Assembly (NCBI GenBank): GCA_041402125.1
Contig: JAWKSY010000022.1
Location: 8,122 to 72,121, forward strand
DNA from: Planctomycetota bacterium
GTDB taxonomy: Bacteria > Planctomycetota > GCA-002687715 > DRQF01
Reading direction: 5' to 3'
Length of the DNA: 64,000 nt
Shown one piece after another: positions 19,069-26,951 of this stretch. The translations under genes and the position numbers were made by a program. Each line of letters opens with the position of its first letter. Position 1 is the first letter of the stretch. Under the pieces are notes generated by a model. The model was not told the origin of the DNA. It saw nothing but the letters and a program-made list of their open reading frames with translations, and did no database searches.

Positions 19069-19374
19069 ATGGCGAAGAAGTCGAAGCTCGAGAAGAAGAA
19101 GGAGCAGGAGCGGCTCATCGCGAAGTTCGCGGAGCGCCGTCGCCAGCTCAACGCCATCATGAAGAACTACTCGCTCCCGGTGGAGGAGCGAGAGGAAGCG
19201 CGCGCCAAGCTGCTCAAGATGCCGCGTGACTCCCACCCGAACCGGATCCGCCTGCGCTGCAGCCTGACCGGCCGCCCGCGCGCCTACTACCGCAAGTTCG
19301 GTCTCTCCCGCATCAAGTTCCGCGAGCTCGCGCACGACGGCGCCCTTCCGGGCGTCCGCAAGGCGAGCTGGTAG
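19069..19374 (+). CDS. rpsN: 30S ribosomal protein S14, long zinc-independent (C-minus) form
   Basis: The 101-aa product reads [101 protein letters not shown]. It has no CxxC pairs. Confidence 0.85.
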   Translation: MAKKSKLEKKKEQERLIAKFAERRRQLNAIMKNYSLPVEEREEARAKLLKMPRDSHPNRIRLRCSLTGRPRAYYRKFGLSRIKFRELAHDGALPGVRKASW

Positions 19375-19386
19375 GAGATCAGCGCG

Positions 19387-19644
19387 ATGAAGAAAGACAC
19401 GCATCCGAACTACCGTCTGGTGTGCTTCCACGACGTGGGCGCCGACGAGAAGTTCATCGTCGGATCGACGATCGACACCAAGGACAAGATCGAGGTCGAA
19501 GGCGTCGAGTACCCGCTCGTCCGCGTCGAAATCTCGAGTGCCTCTCACCCCTTCTTCACGGGCAAGCAGAAGTTCGTCGACACGGCCGGCCGCGTCGAGA
19601 AGTTCCGCCGCCGCTACGCCTCGTCGAGCACGAAGGCGAAGTAG
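19387..19644 (+). CDS. rpmE2: 50S ribosomal protein L31 type B (zinc-independent paralog, YkgM-like)
   Basis: The product reads [63 protein letters not shown]. It is type-B-like and lacks the CxxC zinc motifs. Confidence 0.85.
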   Translation: MKKDTHPNYRLVCFHDVGADEKFIVGSTIDTKDKIEVEGVEYPLVRVEISSASHPFFTGKQKFVDTAGRVEKFRRRYASSSTKAK

Positions 19645-19670
19645 CCGCCCCGGAAACGGGATTCGCTGAA

Positions 19671-19704
19671 GGCCGGCGCCCCCCGAGGGCGCCGGCTTTC
19701 TTTC
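19671..19704 (+). terminator. Rho-independent terminator after rpmE2 (GGCCGGCGCCC cccgag GGGCGCCGGC TTTCTTTC)
   Basis: A 10-bp GC stem plus T-rich tract lies 27 nt after the L31 stop. Confidence 0.6.
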
Positions 19705-19784
19705 ATTCCCGCCCGCGGATCCGCCGCGTTGCATAAAGATGCGGTCCCTCCAGCCCCCGGCGCGCGCCCGCCGATGAGAAGGGC

Positions 19785-19988
19785 ATGCGACTCACCGGAA
19801 TCGGCCTCCAGGGCTATCAGAACGCGCAGGGGCGTCTCGAAGGCGCCGCCACGAAGATCGTCCGCGACGGTCCCGACGTGGATGCGATCGTCGAACTGAA
19901 GCAGTCCGAGCAGGCCGGCAAGCTCAGCACCGAGATCATCAAGCGCGGGATCGAGCTCGAGGACTCGCTGCTCGACATCCTCGCCTGA
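19785..19988 (+). CDS. Small hypothetical protein (67 aa), weakly YjfB-like (putative motility protein family)
   Basis: GC3 bias is strong. The product is MRLTGIGLQGYQNAQGRLEGAATKIVRDGPDVDAIVELKQSEQAGKLSTEIIKRGIELEDSLLDILA. The family resemblance is weak. Confidence 0.4.
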   Translation: MRLTGIGLQGYQNAQGRLEGAATKIVRDGPDVDAIVELKQSEQAGKLSTEIIKRGIELEDSLLDILA

Positions 19989-20045
19989 TCCCGGCGATCG
20001 GCGCCGGAGCGAGCCTCCCGCGCATCAGGAACTGACGATCGACCT

Positions 20046-21092
20046 TCAGCGCGGTCGTCGCCGGGCCACGTCCAGCTCCGGATCGAGCGCCGCGCCCTCG
20101 AACAGATGTTCGGCCAGCCGTCGCGCGCAGCCCGGGGCGTAGAGCGCGCCCTTCGAACCGAGACCGCCGAGGATCGCGATCTCCGATCGGTCCGCCGCGC
20201 GGCCGAGGTAGGGCCGCCAGTCGATCCCGCCGGCGCGCGCCCCGGCGCGGTGGTCGACGACCTCGAAGTCCGACGCGCCGATCGCGCGCCCCGCCGTCTC
20301 CAGCTCCCGTCGCCCCTTCTCCGTCGGTCCGGCCTCGGCGTCGTCCCAGGCGTAGATCGCGCCGATCTGCGCGCGATCGTCCTCGAGCGGCAGCAGCCAC
20401 TTCTCACGGTTCAGGATCGTCCGGGGCGGCGTCGAGAGGAGTCGCACGTCGAGCCGTTCGCCGCGCGAGACGCGCCAGGGCAGGCGACGGAAGGGGCCGG
20501 CGCTCGCCGCGTGGTGTCCGGTGCAGAGCACCGTCGTGTCCGGACGCGTGCCGTCGCCGAGCGGGTCCCCGTCCGCGCCCTCGACGGCGACCGCCACGGG
20601 GCGGAAGGCGCCCCGCGCCAACAGCTCCGCGCGTGTCGCCCGGAGCAGGGCCGGCACGTCGAGCGCGAAGGCCCCGAGGATCTCGAAGCCGCCGTGTTCG
20701 TCCGCCAGTTCGGGCGCGAGCGTTCCCGGCGCGTGGATCTCGCCGAGGTGGGGCGCGAGCGCGTCGTGGTCGTCGCGGGCGAGGAAGCGCTCGCGGTCCT
20801 CGGCCGACCGGAAGGCGAAGTGGATCGCGCGTTCGCGGACGAGCCGGATCCCGAAGCGGCGCTCGAGGGAAGCGTAGCGCGCACGCGCCTCGCCGGCGAA
20901 GGGGTCCCAGGCCCAGGGTCGGTTGTGCTTCGGGCCCGCGATGGGATTCACCATCCCGGCCGAGACCGGCGAGGCCGCGTGGGGGCGATCGGCGTCGACG
21001 ACGAGCACCCGGCGACCGCGGTCGAGGAGTTCGAGCGCGAGCAGGCTGCCGGCGAGTCCCTGGCCGACCACGAGCACTTCGGGGGGTGACAT
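20046..21092 (-). CDS. FAD-dependent oxidoreductase (DAO / glycine-oxidase ThiO-like)
   Basis: The dinucleotide-binding N-terminus reads VLVVGQGLAGSLLALELLDRGRRVLVVD, and the C-terminal part contains GRAADRSEIAILGGLGSKGALYAPGCARRLAE. Confidence 0.75.
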   Translation of the reverse strand: MSPPEVLVVGQGLAGSLLALELLDRGRRVLVVDADRPHAASPVSAGMVNPIAGPKHNRPWAWDPFAGEARARYASLERRFGIRLVRERAIHFAFRSAEDRERFLARDDHDALAPHLGEIHAPGTLAPELADEHGGFEILGAFALDVPALLRATRAELLARGAFRPVAVAVEGADGDPLGDGTRPDTTVLCTGHHAASAGPFRRLPWRVSRGERLDVRLLSTPPRTILNREKWLLPLEDDRAQIGAIYAWDDAEAGPTEKGRRELETAGRAIGASDFEVVDHRAGARAGGIDWRPYLGRAADRSEIAILGGLGSKGALYAPGCARRLAEHLFEGAALDPELDVARRRPR

Positions 21093-21150
21093 GCCTTCCT
21101 TGTGCGGCGCGGCGCCGCCCGAGGCAAGGGGCGGCTGCTATCCTGCGCCC

Positions 21151-22002
21151 ATGGACGCCGTGCTCGCCTCTCTCCTATGTGATCCCGCTCTCGTCGAACG
21201 GGCGGCCGACGACTGGAAGGAACTGTCCGTCGTCGGCGCGGCGAATCGCGTGTGGGCCACGTCCGACGGCGGAGGCGCGGTGCTGAAGCTCGTCGACGAT
21301 CCGGCCAAGGCGCGGCGTGAACGGCGCGGACTCGGGGTCTGGGCTCCGGCCGCGGGCGTCGCGGCGCCGCGCCTGCTCGCGTCGGAGCTCGAGCGCGAAC
21401 CCCGTGCCCTCCTGATGACGCGCCTCGTCGGAGGTCCGGTCGAGACGCGCGCCCTCACGGCGGGCGAACGCGCGGACCTTCACCGAGCGATGGGAGCGTC
21501 GTTGCGGCGCCTGCACGAGCTCCCGCTCGCGGACGAGGATCCGCTGCCGCTCGCGGAGGCGCTCCGCCGCCGGACCGAGGCGGCGCTCGCCGGCGGACCA
21601 CCGCCGGGATGCCCCGCGTCCCTCTTCGCGCGCGCCGAGCGGCGGCTCCTCGATCACGTCTGGACCGCGGGTCCGCGTCGCGCGGCGCATCGCGACTTCC
21701 GGGAACGCAACTGGTGGATCGGCGACGACGGCTCGCTCGCGGTGTTCGATTTCGAGCACGCGCGACCCGACGATCCGATGGTGGATCTCGTCCGGCTGCG
21801 CGAGACGGACTGGCGCGCCGAGCCGGCGCTCGAAGCGGCATTCCGCGAGGGCTACGGCGGTCCGGATGCGACGGAGGAGGCGCGCCTCGAGATCCTCGAG
21901 ATCGTGCACGCGCTCGGCACCTTGCGCCGACCCGCGGGCGTCGGAGGCGTCACCTTCGTCGATGCGGCGCGCGCCGTCCTCGAGCGCCGGCTCGGGGGCT
22001 GA
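21151..22002 (+). CDS. Phosphotransferase-enzyme-family (APH-like) small-molecule kinase
   Basis: The catalytic-loop motif is HRDFRERNW, and DFEHARPDDPMVDL follows. The ATG at 21151 is used. The track ORF starting at 20923 has a non-coding-looking N-terminal extension. Confidence 0.7.
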   Translation: MDAVLASLLCDPALVERAADDWKELSVVGAANRVWATSDGGGAVLKLVDDPAKARRERRGLGVWAPAAGVAAPRLLASELEREPRALLMTRLVGGPVETRALTAGERADLHRAMGASLRRLHELPLADEDPLPLAEALRRRTEAALAGGPPPGCPASLFARAERRLLDHVWTAGPRRAAHRDFRERNWWIGDDGSLAVFDFEHARPDDPMVDLVRLRETDWRAEPALEAAFREGYGGPDATEEARLEILEIVHALGTLRRPAGVGGVTFVDAARAVLERRLGG

Positions 22003-22065
22003 GACGGGGGGCGACAGCGGCCGGCGGCTGGGGTAGAACGGGCCCTCGCCCCCCAGGAGTCCAGC

Positions 22066-25000
22066 ATGTCGATCCCTCCCCGCGTCCTCTCGATCCTCCT
22101 CGGCGTCATCCTCCTCGCGACGGTCCTCCGCGCCCAGGACGAGGGCGACGCGCGCCTGCTCCGATTCCCGCACGTCCAGGGCGACCGCGTCGCCTTCGTC
22201 CGCGGCGGCGACATCTGGACGGTGCCTCTCGCCGGCGGCGTCGCGCGGCGCGTCACGAGCTTCGACGAGGGCTTCGAACTGTTCCCGCGGATCTCGCCCG
22301 ATGGGAGCACGATCGCGTTCTCGGCCGAGTACGCGGGGTCGCGACAGATCTACGTCGTCCCCTACGAGGGCGGCGTGCCGCGCCAGCTCACCTGGTATCC
22401 CGACGTCGGTCCGATGCCGCCGCGCGGCGGATACGACAACCTGCCGCTCGACTGGACGCCGGACGGGAAGAAGATCCTCGTGCGGATGAACCGCACGCCC
22501 TACGGACAGCGCGTCGGCCGCTACTTTCTCGTCGACCCCGGCGGGGTCGGTCTCGAGACGCCGCTCGAGATCCCCGAGGGCGCGGCCGCGACCTTCTCGC
22601 CGGACGGCCGCCGACTCGCCTACAGCGTGATCAGCCGCGAGTGGCGGACCTGGAAGCGCTACCGCGCCGGCCGGGCGCAGGACGTCTGGATCTACGACCT
22701 CGATCGTCACGAGGCGACGCGTCTCACCGACTTCGCGGGCACCGACAACCAGGCGATGTGGCTGGGCGACCGCATCTACTTCACGAGCGACCGCAACGGC
22801 ACGCTCAACCTCTGGTGCCATGACCTCGCCACCGGCAAGCAGCGCGCGGTCACGAAGTACGCGGACTACGACGTCCTCTTCCCCTCGCGCGGAGCGAACG
22901 GGATCGCCTTCGAACGCGGAGGACGCCTCTGGTTCATGCACGCCGGGACGGAGGAGGTGCGCGAGATCCCGGTGCGCATCGCCGACGATCGCCCCTTCCA
23001 GCGCCCGGTCTGGCACGAGGGCGCGAAGAACCCGGGTGAGCACGCGCTCGGTCCGAAGGGCAAGTCGGCGCTCGTCGAGTTCCGCGGCGAGATCTTCGAG
23101 GTCCCGACCGCGGAGGGGGAGGCTCGCTGCCTCACGAACTCGCCGGATCGCCGCGAGCGGTCGCCCGGCTGGTCGCCGGACGGCCGCTGGATGAGCTGGC
23201 TCGCGGAGGCCGGTGACGACTACGAACTCTTCCTGCGGGATCGCGCGACGGGTGAGGAGCGACAGCTCACGCGGGACAGCGGCGCCTGGATCCTCGGCTA
23301 CTCCTGGTCGCCGGACGCGAAGTGGCTGGCGGTGTGGGACAAGGCCAACCGGCTGCGCGCGCTCGAGGTGGAGACCGGCGCGTGGCGCGAGATCGACCGT
23401 GCGGACGAGGGCGGGCTCGGCTCGGTCCGCTGGTCCGCGACCTCCGACTGGCTCGCCTGGTGCAAGACGGGCGAGAACCGTCTGCGCGACGTCTGGCTCG
23501 CGCGACTCGAGGATCCCCGTCCGGTCCGCGTGACGAGCCCGCGCTGGTCGGACGATGCCGTCGCCTTCGATCCCGAGGGACGCTACCTCTACTTCAGCTC
23601 GGCGCGCGACTTCGTGTACGGAGACCTCGGATTCGAGGAGCGGATCTACGCGCTGCTCCTCCGGCCCGATGTCGTCTCGCCGCTCGCGCCGCGTCGCGAG
23701 GTCGAGCCGCTCCCCGGGGAGGGAGAGAAGAAGGGGAAGAAGGGCGAGGAGACGGACAAGGGCGACGCGGATGCGACCGCCCGGCTCGAGATCGAACTCG
23801 AGGGCCTCGCCGACCGCCTCGTCGCGCTGCCGATGTCGAGCGGGCGCTACGGGGGCCTCCTCGCGACGGCGGCCGGTCCGCTCGTCGTCGTCGACGGCAA
23901 GCTCCAGCGCTACTCGCTCGAGGAGCGCAAGGCGGAGACCGTACTCGAGGGCGTTCGCGGCTACACGCCCGACGCGACGGTCACGCGATTCCTCTACCGC
24001 CACCAGGGCGGGATCGCGATGGCGGAGACGAAGCCCGGACAGAAGGCGGGCAAGAACGCGCTCGATCTGTCGGAGCTGCGCGTCCGCGTCGAGCCGCCCG
24101 TCGAGTGGAGCCAGATGTATCGCGACGCCTGGCGCATCATGCGGGACTGGTTCTACGACCCGAAGATGCACCGCGTCGACTGGGTCGCGAAGCGGGAGCG
24201 CTATGCGCCTCTCCTCGCGCACATGTCTCACCGCTCCGATCTCGATTTCCTGCTCGGGGAACTCGTCGGCGAGCTCAACGCGGGCCACACCTACATCCAG
24301 CCGGGCGACGGCCCCTCGGTGGCGCGCGTCCGCAACGGAGCGCTCGGGTGCGAGCTCGAGGTCGCGGACGGGCGATACCGCATCGCGAGGCTCTTCCGCG
24401 GCGAGAACTGGAACGCCGATGCGCGCAATCCGCTCACCGAGCCCGGCGTCGACGCGCGCGAGGGCGAGTTCCTCCTCGCGATCGACGGCGTCCCCCTCGC
24501 GGCGAACGAGAACCCCTACCGCCGGCTCGAGGGGCGGGCCGACCGCCCGGTGCGCCTGACGCTCGGCCCGGGGCCGGGCGAGGAGGGGGCGCGCGAGGTC
24601 GTCGTGCGACCGATCGCGAGCGAGGTCCAGCTCCGCTACGTCGACTGGGTCGAGCGCAACCGCCGTCTCGTCGACGAGCTGTCCGGCGGGAAGATCGGCT
24701 ACGTCCACGTGCCGAACACCTCCGTCGAGGGTCACCGACGGCTCTTCGAGGGCGTGCGCGCGCTCGCGCGGGAGAAGCAGGCCATCCTCGTCGACGACCG
24801 CTACAACGGCGGCGGATTCATCCCGGATCGGATGGTCCAGGCGCTCGGGAGCCGCGTGCTCAACTACTGGTCGCGGCGCGACGCCGAGCTCTACGCGACA
24901 CCGGAGTTCGGCTTCAACGGGCCGATGTGCATGCTCATCAACGGGTACTCCTCGTCGGGAGGCGATGCCTTCCCGTACTACTTCCGGAAGTCCGGTCTCG

Positions 25001-25299
25001 GGCCGCTCATCGGCCAGACGACCTGGGGTGGTCTCGTCGGCTACTCGGGATCGCCTCGCCTCGTCGACGGCGGCGGTCTCGCGGTCCCGTCCTTCGCCTT
25101 CGTCAACGACGACGGCGCCTGGGACGTCGAGGCGGTCGGGGTCGCGCCCGACATCGAGGTGCTCGACGATCCCGGAGCGATCGTCGCCGGGCGCGAACCG
25201 ATGATCGAACGCGGCGTCGCCCACCTCCTCGAGGAGATCGCGCGCCGCGCGAAGATCGTCCGGCCGCCGGTGCCGGACGGTCCCGACCGCGATCGTTGA
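22066..25299 (+). CDS. Tricorn protease homolog (S41B), signal peptide, beta-propeller + PDZ + S41 catalytic domains
   Basis: The 1077-aa product has an AGGAG RBS. Tricorn-typical blocks are RFPHVQGDRVAFVRGGDIWTVP, WYPDVGPMPPRGGYDNLPLDWTPDGKKILVR and VLVDDRYNGGGFIPDRMV ... LINGYSSSGGDAFPYYFR. Confidence 0.9.
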   Translation: MSIPPRVLSILLGVILLATVLRAQDEGDARLLRFPHVQGDRVAFVRGGDIWTVPLAGGVARRVTSFDEGFELFPRISPDGSTIAFSAEYAGSRQIYVVPYEGGVPRQLTWYPDVGPMPPRGGYDNLPLDWTPDGKKILVRMNRTPYGQRVGRYFLVDPGGVGLETPLEIPEGAAATFSPDGRRLAYSVISREWRTWKRYRAGRAQDVWIYDLDRHEATRLTDFAGTDNQAMWLGDRIYFTSDRNGTLNLWCHDLATGKQRAVTKYADYDVLFPSRGANGIAFERGGRLWFMHAGTEEVREIPVRIADDRPFQRPVWHEGAKNPGEHALGPKGKSALVEFRGEIFEVPTAEGEARCLTNSPDRRERSPGWSPDGRWMSWLAEAGDDYELFLRDRATGEERQLTRDSGAWILGYSWSPDAKWLAVWDKANRLRALEVETGAWREIDRADEGGLGSVRWSATSDWLAWCKTGENRLRDVWLARLEDPRPVRVTSPRWSDDAVAFDPEGRYLYFSSARDFVYGDLGFEERIYALLLRPDVVSPLAPRREVEPLPGEGEKKGKKGEETDKGDADATARLEIELEGLADRLVALPMSSGRYGGLLATAAGPLVVVDGKLQRYSLEERKAETVLEGVRGYTPDATVTRFLYRHQGGIAMAETKPGQKAGKNALDLSELRVRVEPPVEWSQMYRDAWRIMRDWFYDPKMHRVDWVAKRERYAPLLAHMSHRSDLDFLLGELVGELNAGHTYIQPGDGPSVARVRNGALGCELEVADGRYRIARLFRGENWNADARNPLTEPGVDAREGEFLLAIDGVPLAANENPYRRLEGRADRPVRLTLGPGPGEEGAREVVVRPIASEVQLRYVDWVERNRRLVDELSGGKIGYVHVPNTSVEGHRRLFEGVRALAREKQAILVDDRYNGGGFIPDRMVQALGSRVLNYWSRRDAELYATPEFGFNGPMCMLINGYSSSGGDAFPYYFRKSGLGPLIGQTTWGGLVGYSGSPRLVDGGGLAVPSFAFVNDDGAWDVEAVGVAPDIEVLDDPGAIVAGREPMIERGVAHLLEEIARRAKIVRPPVPDGPDRDR

Positions 25300-25361
25300 C
25301 GCGCCCCCGATCGGTGTCCTAGGATCGGGGGACGGGAGCACGACGCAACGGGAGGCCGGAC

Positions 25362-26087
25362 ATGGACGGACGGGTCGTCTTCATCACGGGCGTGAGTTCG
25401 GGCCTGGGCGCGGGCCTCGCCCTCGAGCACCTCGATCGCGGTGACCGCGTCTTCGGCACAAGCCGGCGCGAGCCGCCCTGCGAACTCCTCGAGCACGCGC
25501 GCTTCCGCGACGCGCGGGGCGACCTGCGCGATCCGGAGCAGGCGGCGGAGATCGTCGCCACGCTCCTGGGCAAGGAGGGACGGGTCGATCTCGCCTGGCT
25601 CAACGCCGGCGTGCTCGGCGAGATCGTCGACATGCAGGACGCGACGCTCGACGAGCTCCGCGCGACGATGGAAACGAACGTCTGGGCCAACAAGTCGGTG
25701 CTCGACGCGCTCTTCGCGCTCGAGGTGCCGGTGCACCAGATCCTCACGATCTCCTCCGGCGCGGCCGTCAACGGCAACCGCGGCTGGGGCGGTTACGCGA
25801 TCTCGAAGGCCGCCCTGAACATGCTCACGCAGCTCTACGCGGCCGAGTGCGAGGACACGCACTTCTGTGCGCTCGCACCGGGCCTCGTCGACACCGCGAT
25901 GCAGGAGTCGATCCGGCTCATGCCGCCGGACCCGCGCTTTCCCTCGCTCGACAAGCTCCGCGCCGCCGGCGGCACGGACTTCATGCCCGGTCCCCGCGAG
26001 GCCGCGCGGCGTCTCGTCGACCGCGTCGACTTCATCCGCTCCCGCGTCCCCAGCGGCTCCTTCGCCGACATCCGCCTCCTCGCCTGA
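25362..26087 (+). CDS. SDR-family NAD(P)-dependent oxidoreductase
   Basis: The protein carries VVFITGVSSGLGAGLA, NAGV and the catalytic YAISKAAL motif. Confidence 0.85.
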   Translation: MDGRVVFITGVSSGLGAGLALEHLDRGDRVFGTSRREPPCELLEHARFRDARGDLRDPEQAAEIVATLLGKEGRVDLAWLNAGVLGEIVDMQDATLDELRATMETNVWANKSVLDALFALEVPVHQILTISSGAAVNGNRGWGGYAISKAALNMLTQLYAAECEDTHFCALAPGLVDTAMQESIRLMPPDPRFPSLDKLRAAGGTDFMPGPREAARRLVDRVDFIRSRVPSGSFADIRLLA

Positions 26088-26095
26088 CGCGAAAG

Positions 26096-26126
26096 TGAAT
26101 AAATCGGGTCAGACCCAATTTATTCA
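26096..26126. repeat. Single copy of the 31-bp palindromic element (TGAATAAATCGGGTCAGACCCAATTTATTCA) between convergent SDR and metallophosphoesterase genes
   Basis: Read directly from the sequence. It lies 9 nt after the SDR stop and 13 nt before the stop of the minus-strand gene. Confidence 0.55.
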
Positions 26127-26138
26127 AAATGGGACGCC

Positions 26139-26951
26139 CTACTCGGGCGTGAAGGTGCCGCGGCTGTCGAGGAAGGTGCGCTCGGGCCAGCGCCAGGCGA
26201 CGAGCGGGCGGCCGTAGGCGACGCCCCAGTCGACGCAGATGGCGTTCCGGCCGGGGCCGAGGGTGCGGGGGCCGGTCTTCATCGAGTAGTGACCGAAGGC
26301 GAGGTCGGGCGCGCCGGCCGGATGGTCCTTCCACCAGTGGACGCGCCGCCGCGTGCGGCGGAAGCCCTCCGAGTCCCGGTAGGGGGCCGATTCCTCCTCG
26401 GGGCCCCGCAGGACGTGATCGGCGGCGGGGGAGAGCTCGGCGTCGGGCGCGATGGCGGCCCAGTCCTCGAGCGTCGCGAGGCGCGGCGGGAGCGCCGCGA
26501 GGTGATCGTCGTCCCAGGCGGCGTGCACGACGCGGAGGCGATCGCCGGCCAGCTTCAGCGCGAAGGGCAGACGTGAGAGGAAGGCGAAGCAGCGCTCCCA
26601 GCGGTCGCGATCGGCGCGGATCTGCGCCATCGAGTTCTTCGCCTGCTTGCGGCGGTGGGGCCGCGTCGCGAGCTCGAGGACGAGGTGGACCAGGTTCACC
26701 TCGTGGTTGCCGAGAACGGCGAGACCGACGCCGTCCTCGATCAGCGCCTCCGTGAGCTCGAGGCAACCCAGAGGGTCGGGACCCCGGTCGACGAGGTCGC
26801 CGACCGAGACGAGGACCCGACCCTCCGGATGGGACCAGCGCCCCTCGACGTGCCGGTAGCCGAGCGCGTCGAGGAGGGACCGGTAGGGGGCGATCATCCC
26901 GTGGACGTCGCCGACGATGTCGAAGCGCTCGGCGTCGAGCGCCCCGGTCAC
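26139..26951 (-). CDS. Calcineurin-like metallophosphoesterase (ApaH/PrpE-like Ser/Thr or bis-nucleosyl-tetraphosphate phosphatase family)
   Basis: The motifs are FDIVGDVHGMIAPYRSLLDALGY, GDLVDRGPDPLGCLE and LGNHEVNLVH. The GTG start overlaps the M28 stop as GTGA. It runs in frame with the upstream junk in the 1102-aa track ORF. Confidence 0.7.
   Translation of the reverse strand: MTGALDAERFDIVGDVHGMIAPYRSLLDALGYRHVEGRWSHPEGRVLVSVGDLVDRGPDPLGCLELTEALIEDGVGLAVLGNHEVNLVHLVLELATRPHRRKQAKNSMAQIRADRDRWERCFAFLSRLPFALKLAGDRLRVVHAAWDDDHLAALPPRLATLEDWAAIAPDAELSPAADHVLRGPEEESAPYRDSEGFRRTRRRVHWWKDHPAGAPDLAFGHYSMKTGPRTLGPGRNAICVDWGVAYGRPLVAWRWPERTFLDSRGTFTPE

Noticed and set aside
21175-25341. 1388-aa minus-strand ORF spanning the tricorn protease locus, and similar antisense ORFs (27390-29387 +, 36936-39299 +, 60683-63859 -)
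   Set aside because: These are antisense to well-supported genes (tricorn, M28, PhoD, ileS). Their low-complexity RDGE-rich translations have no coding periodicity of their own.
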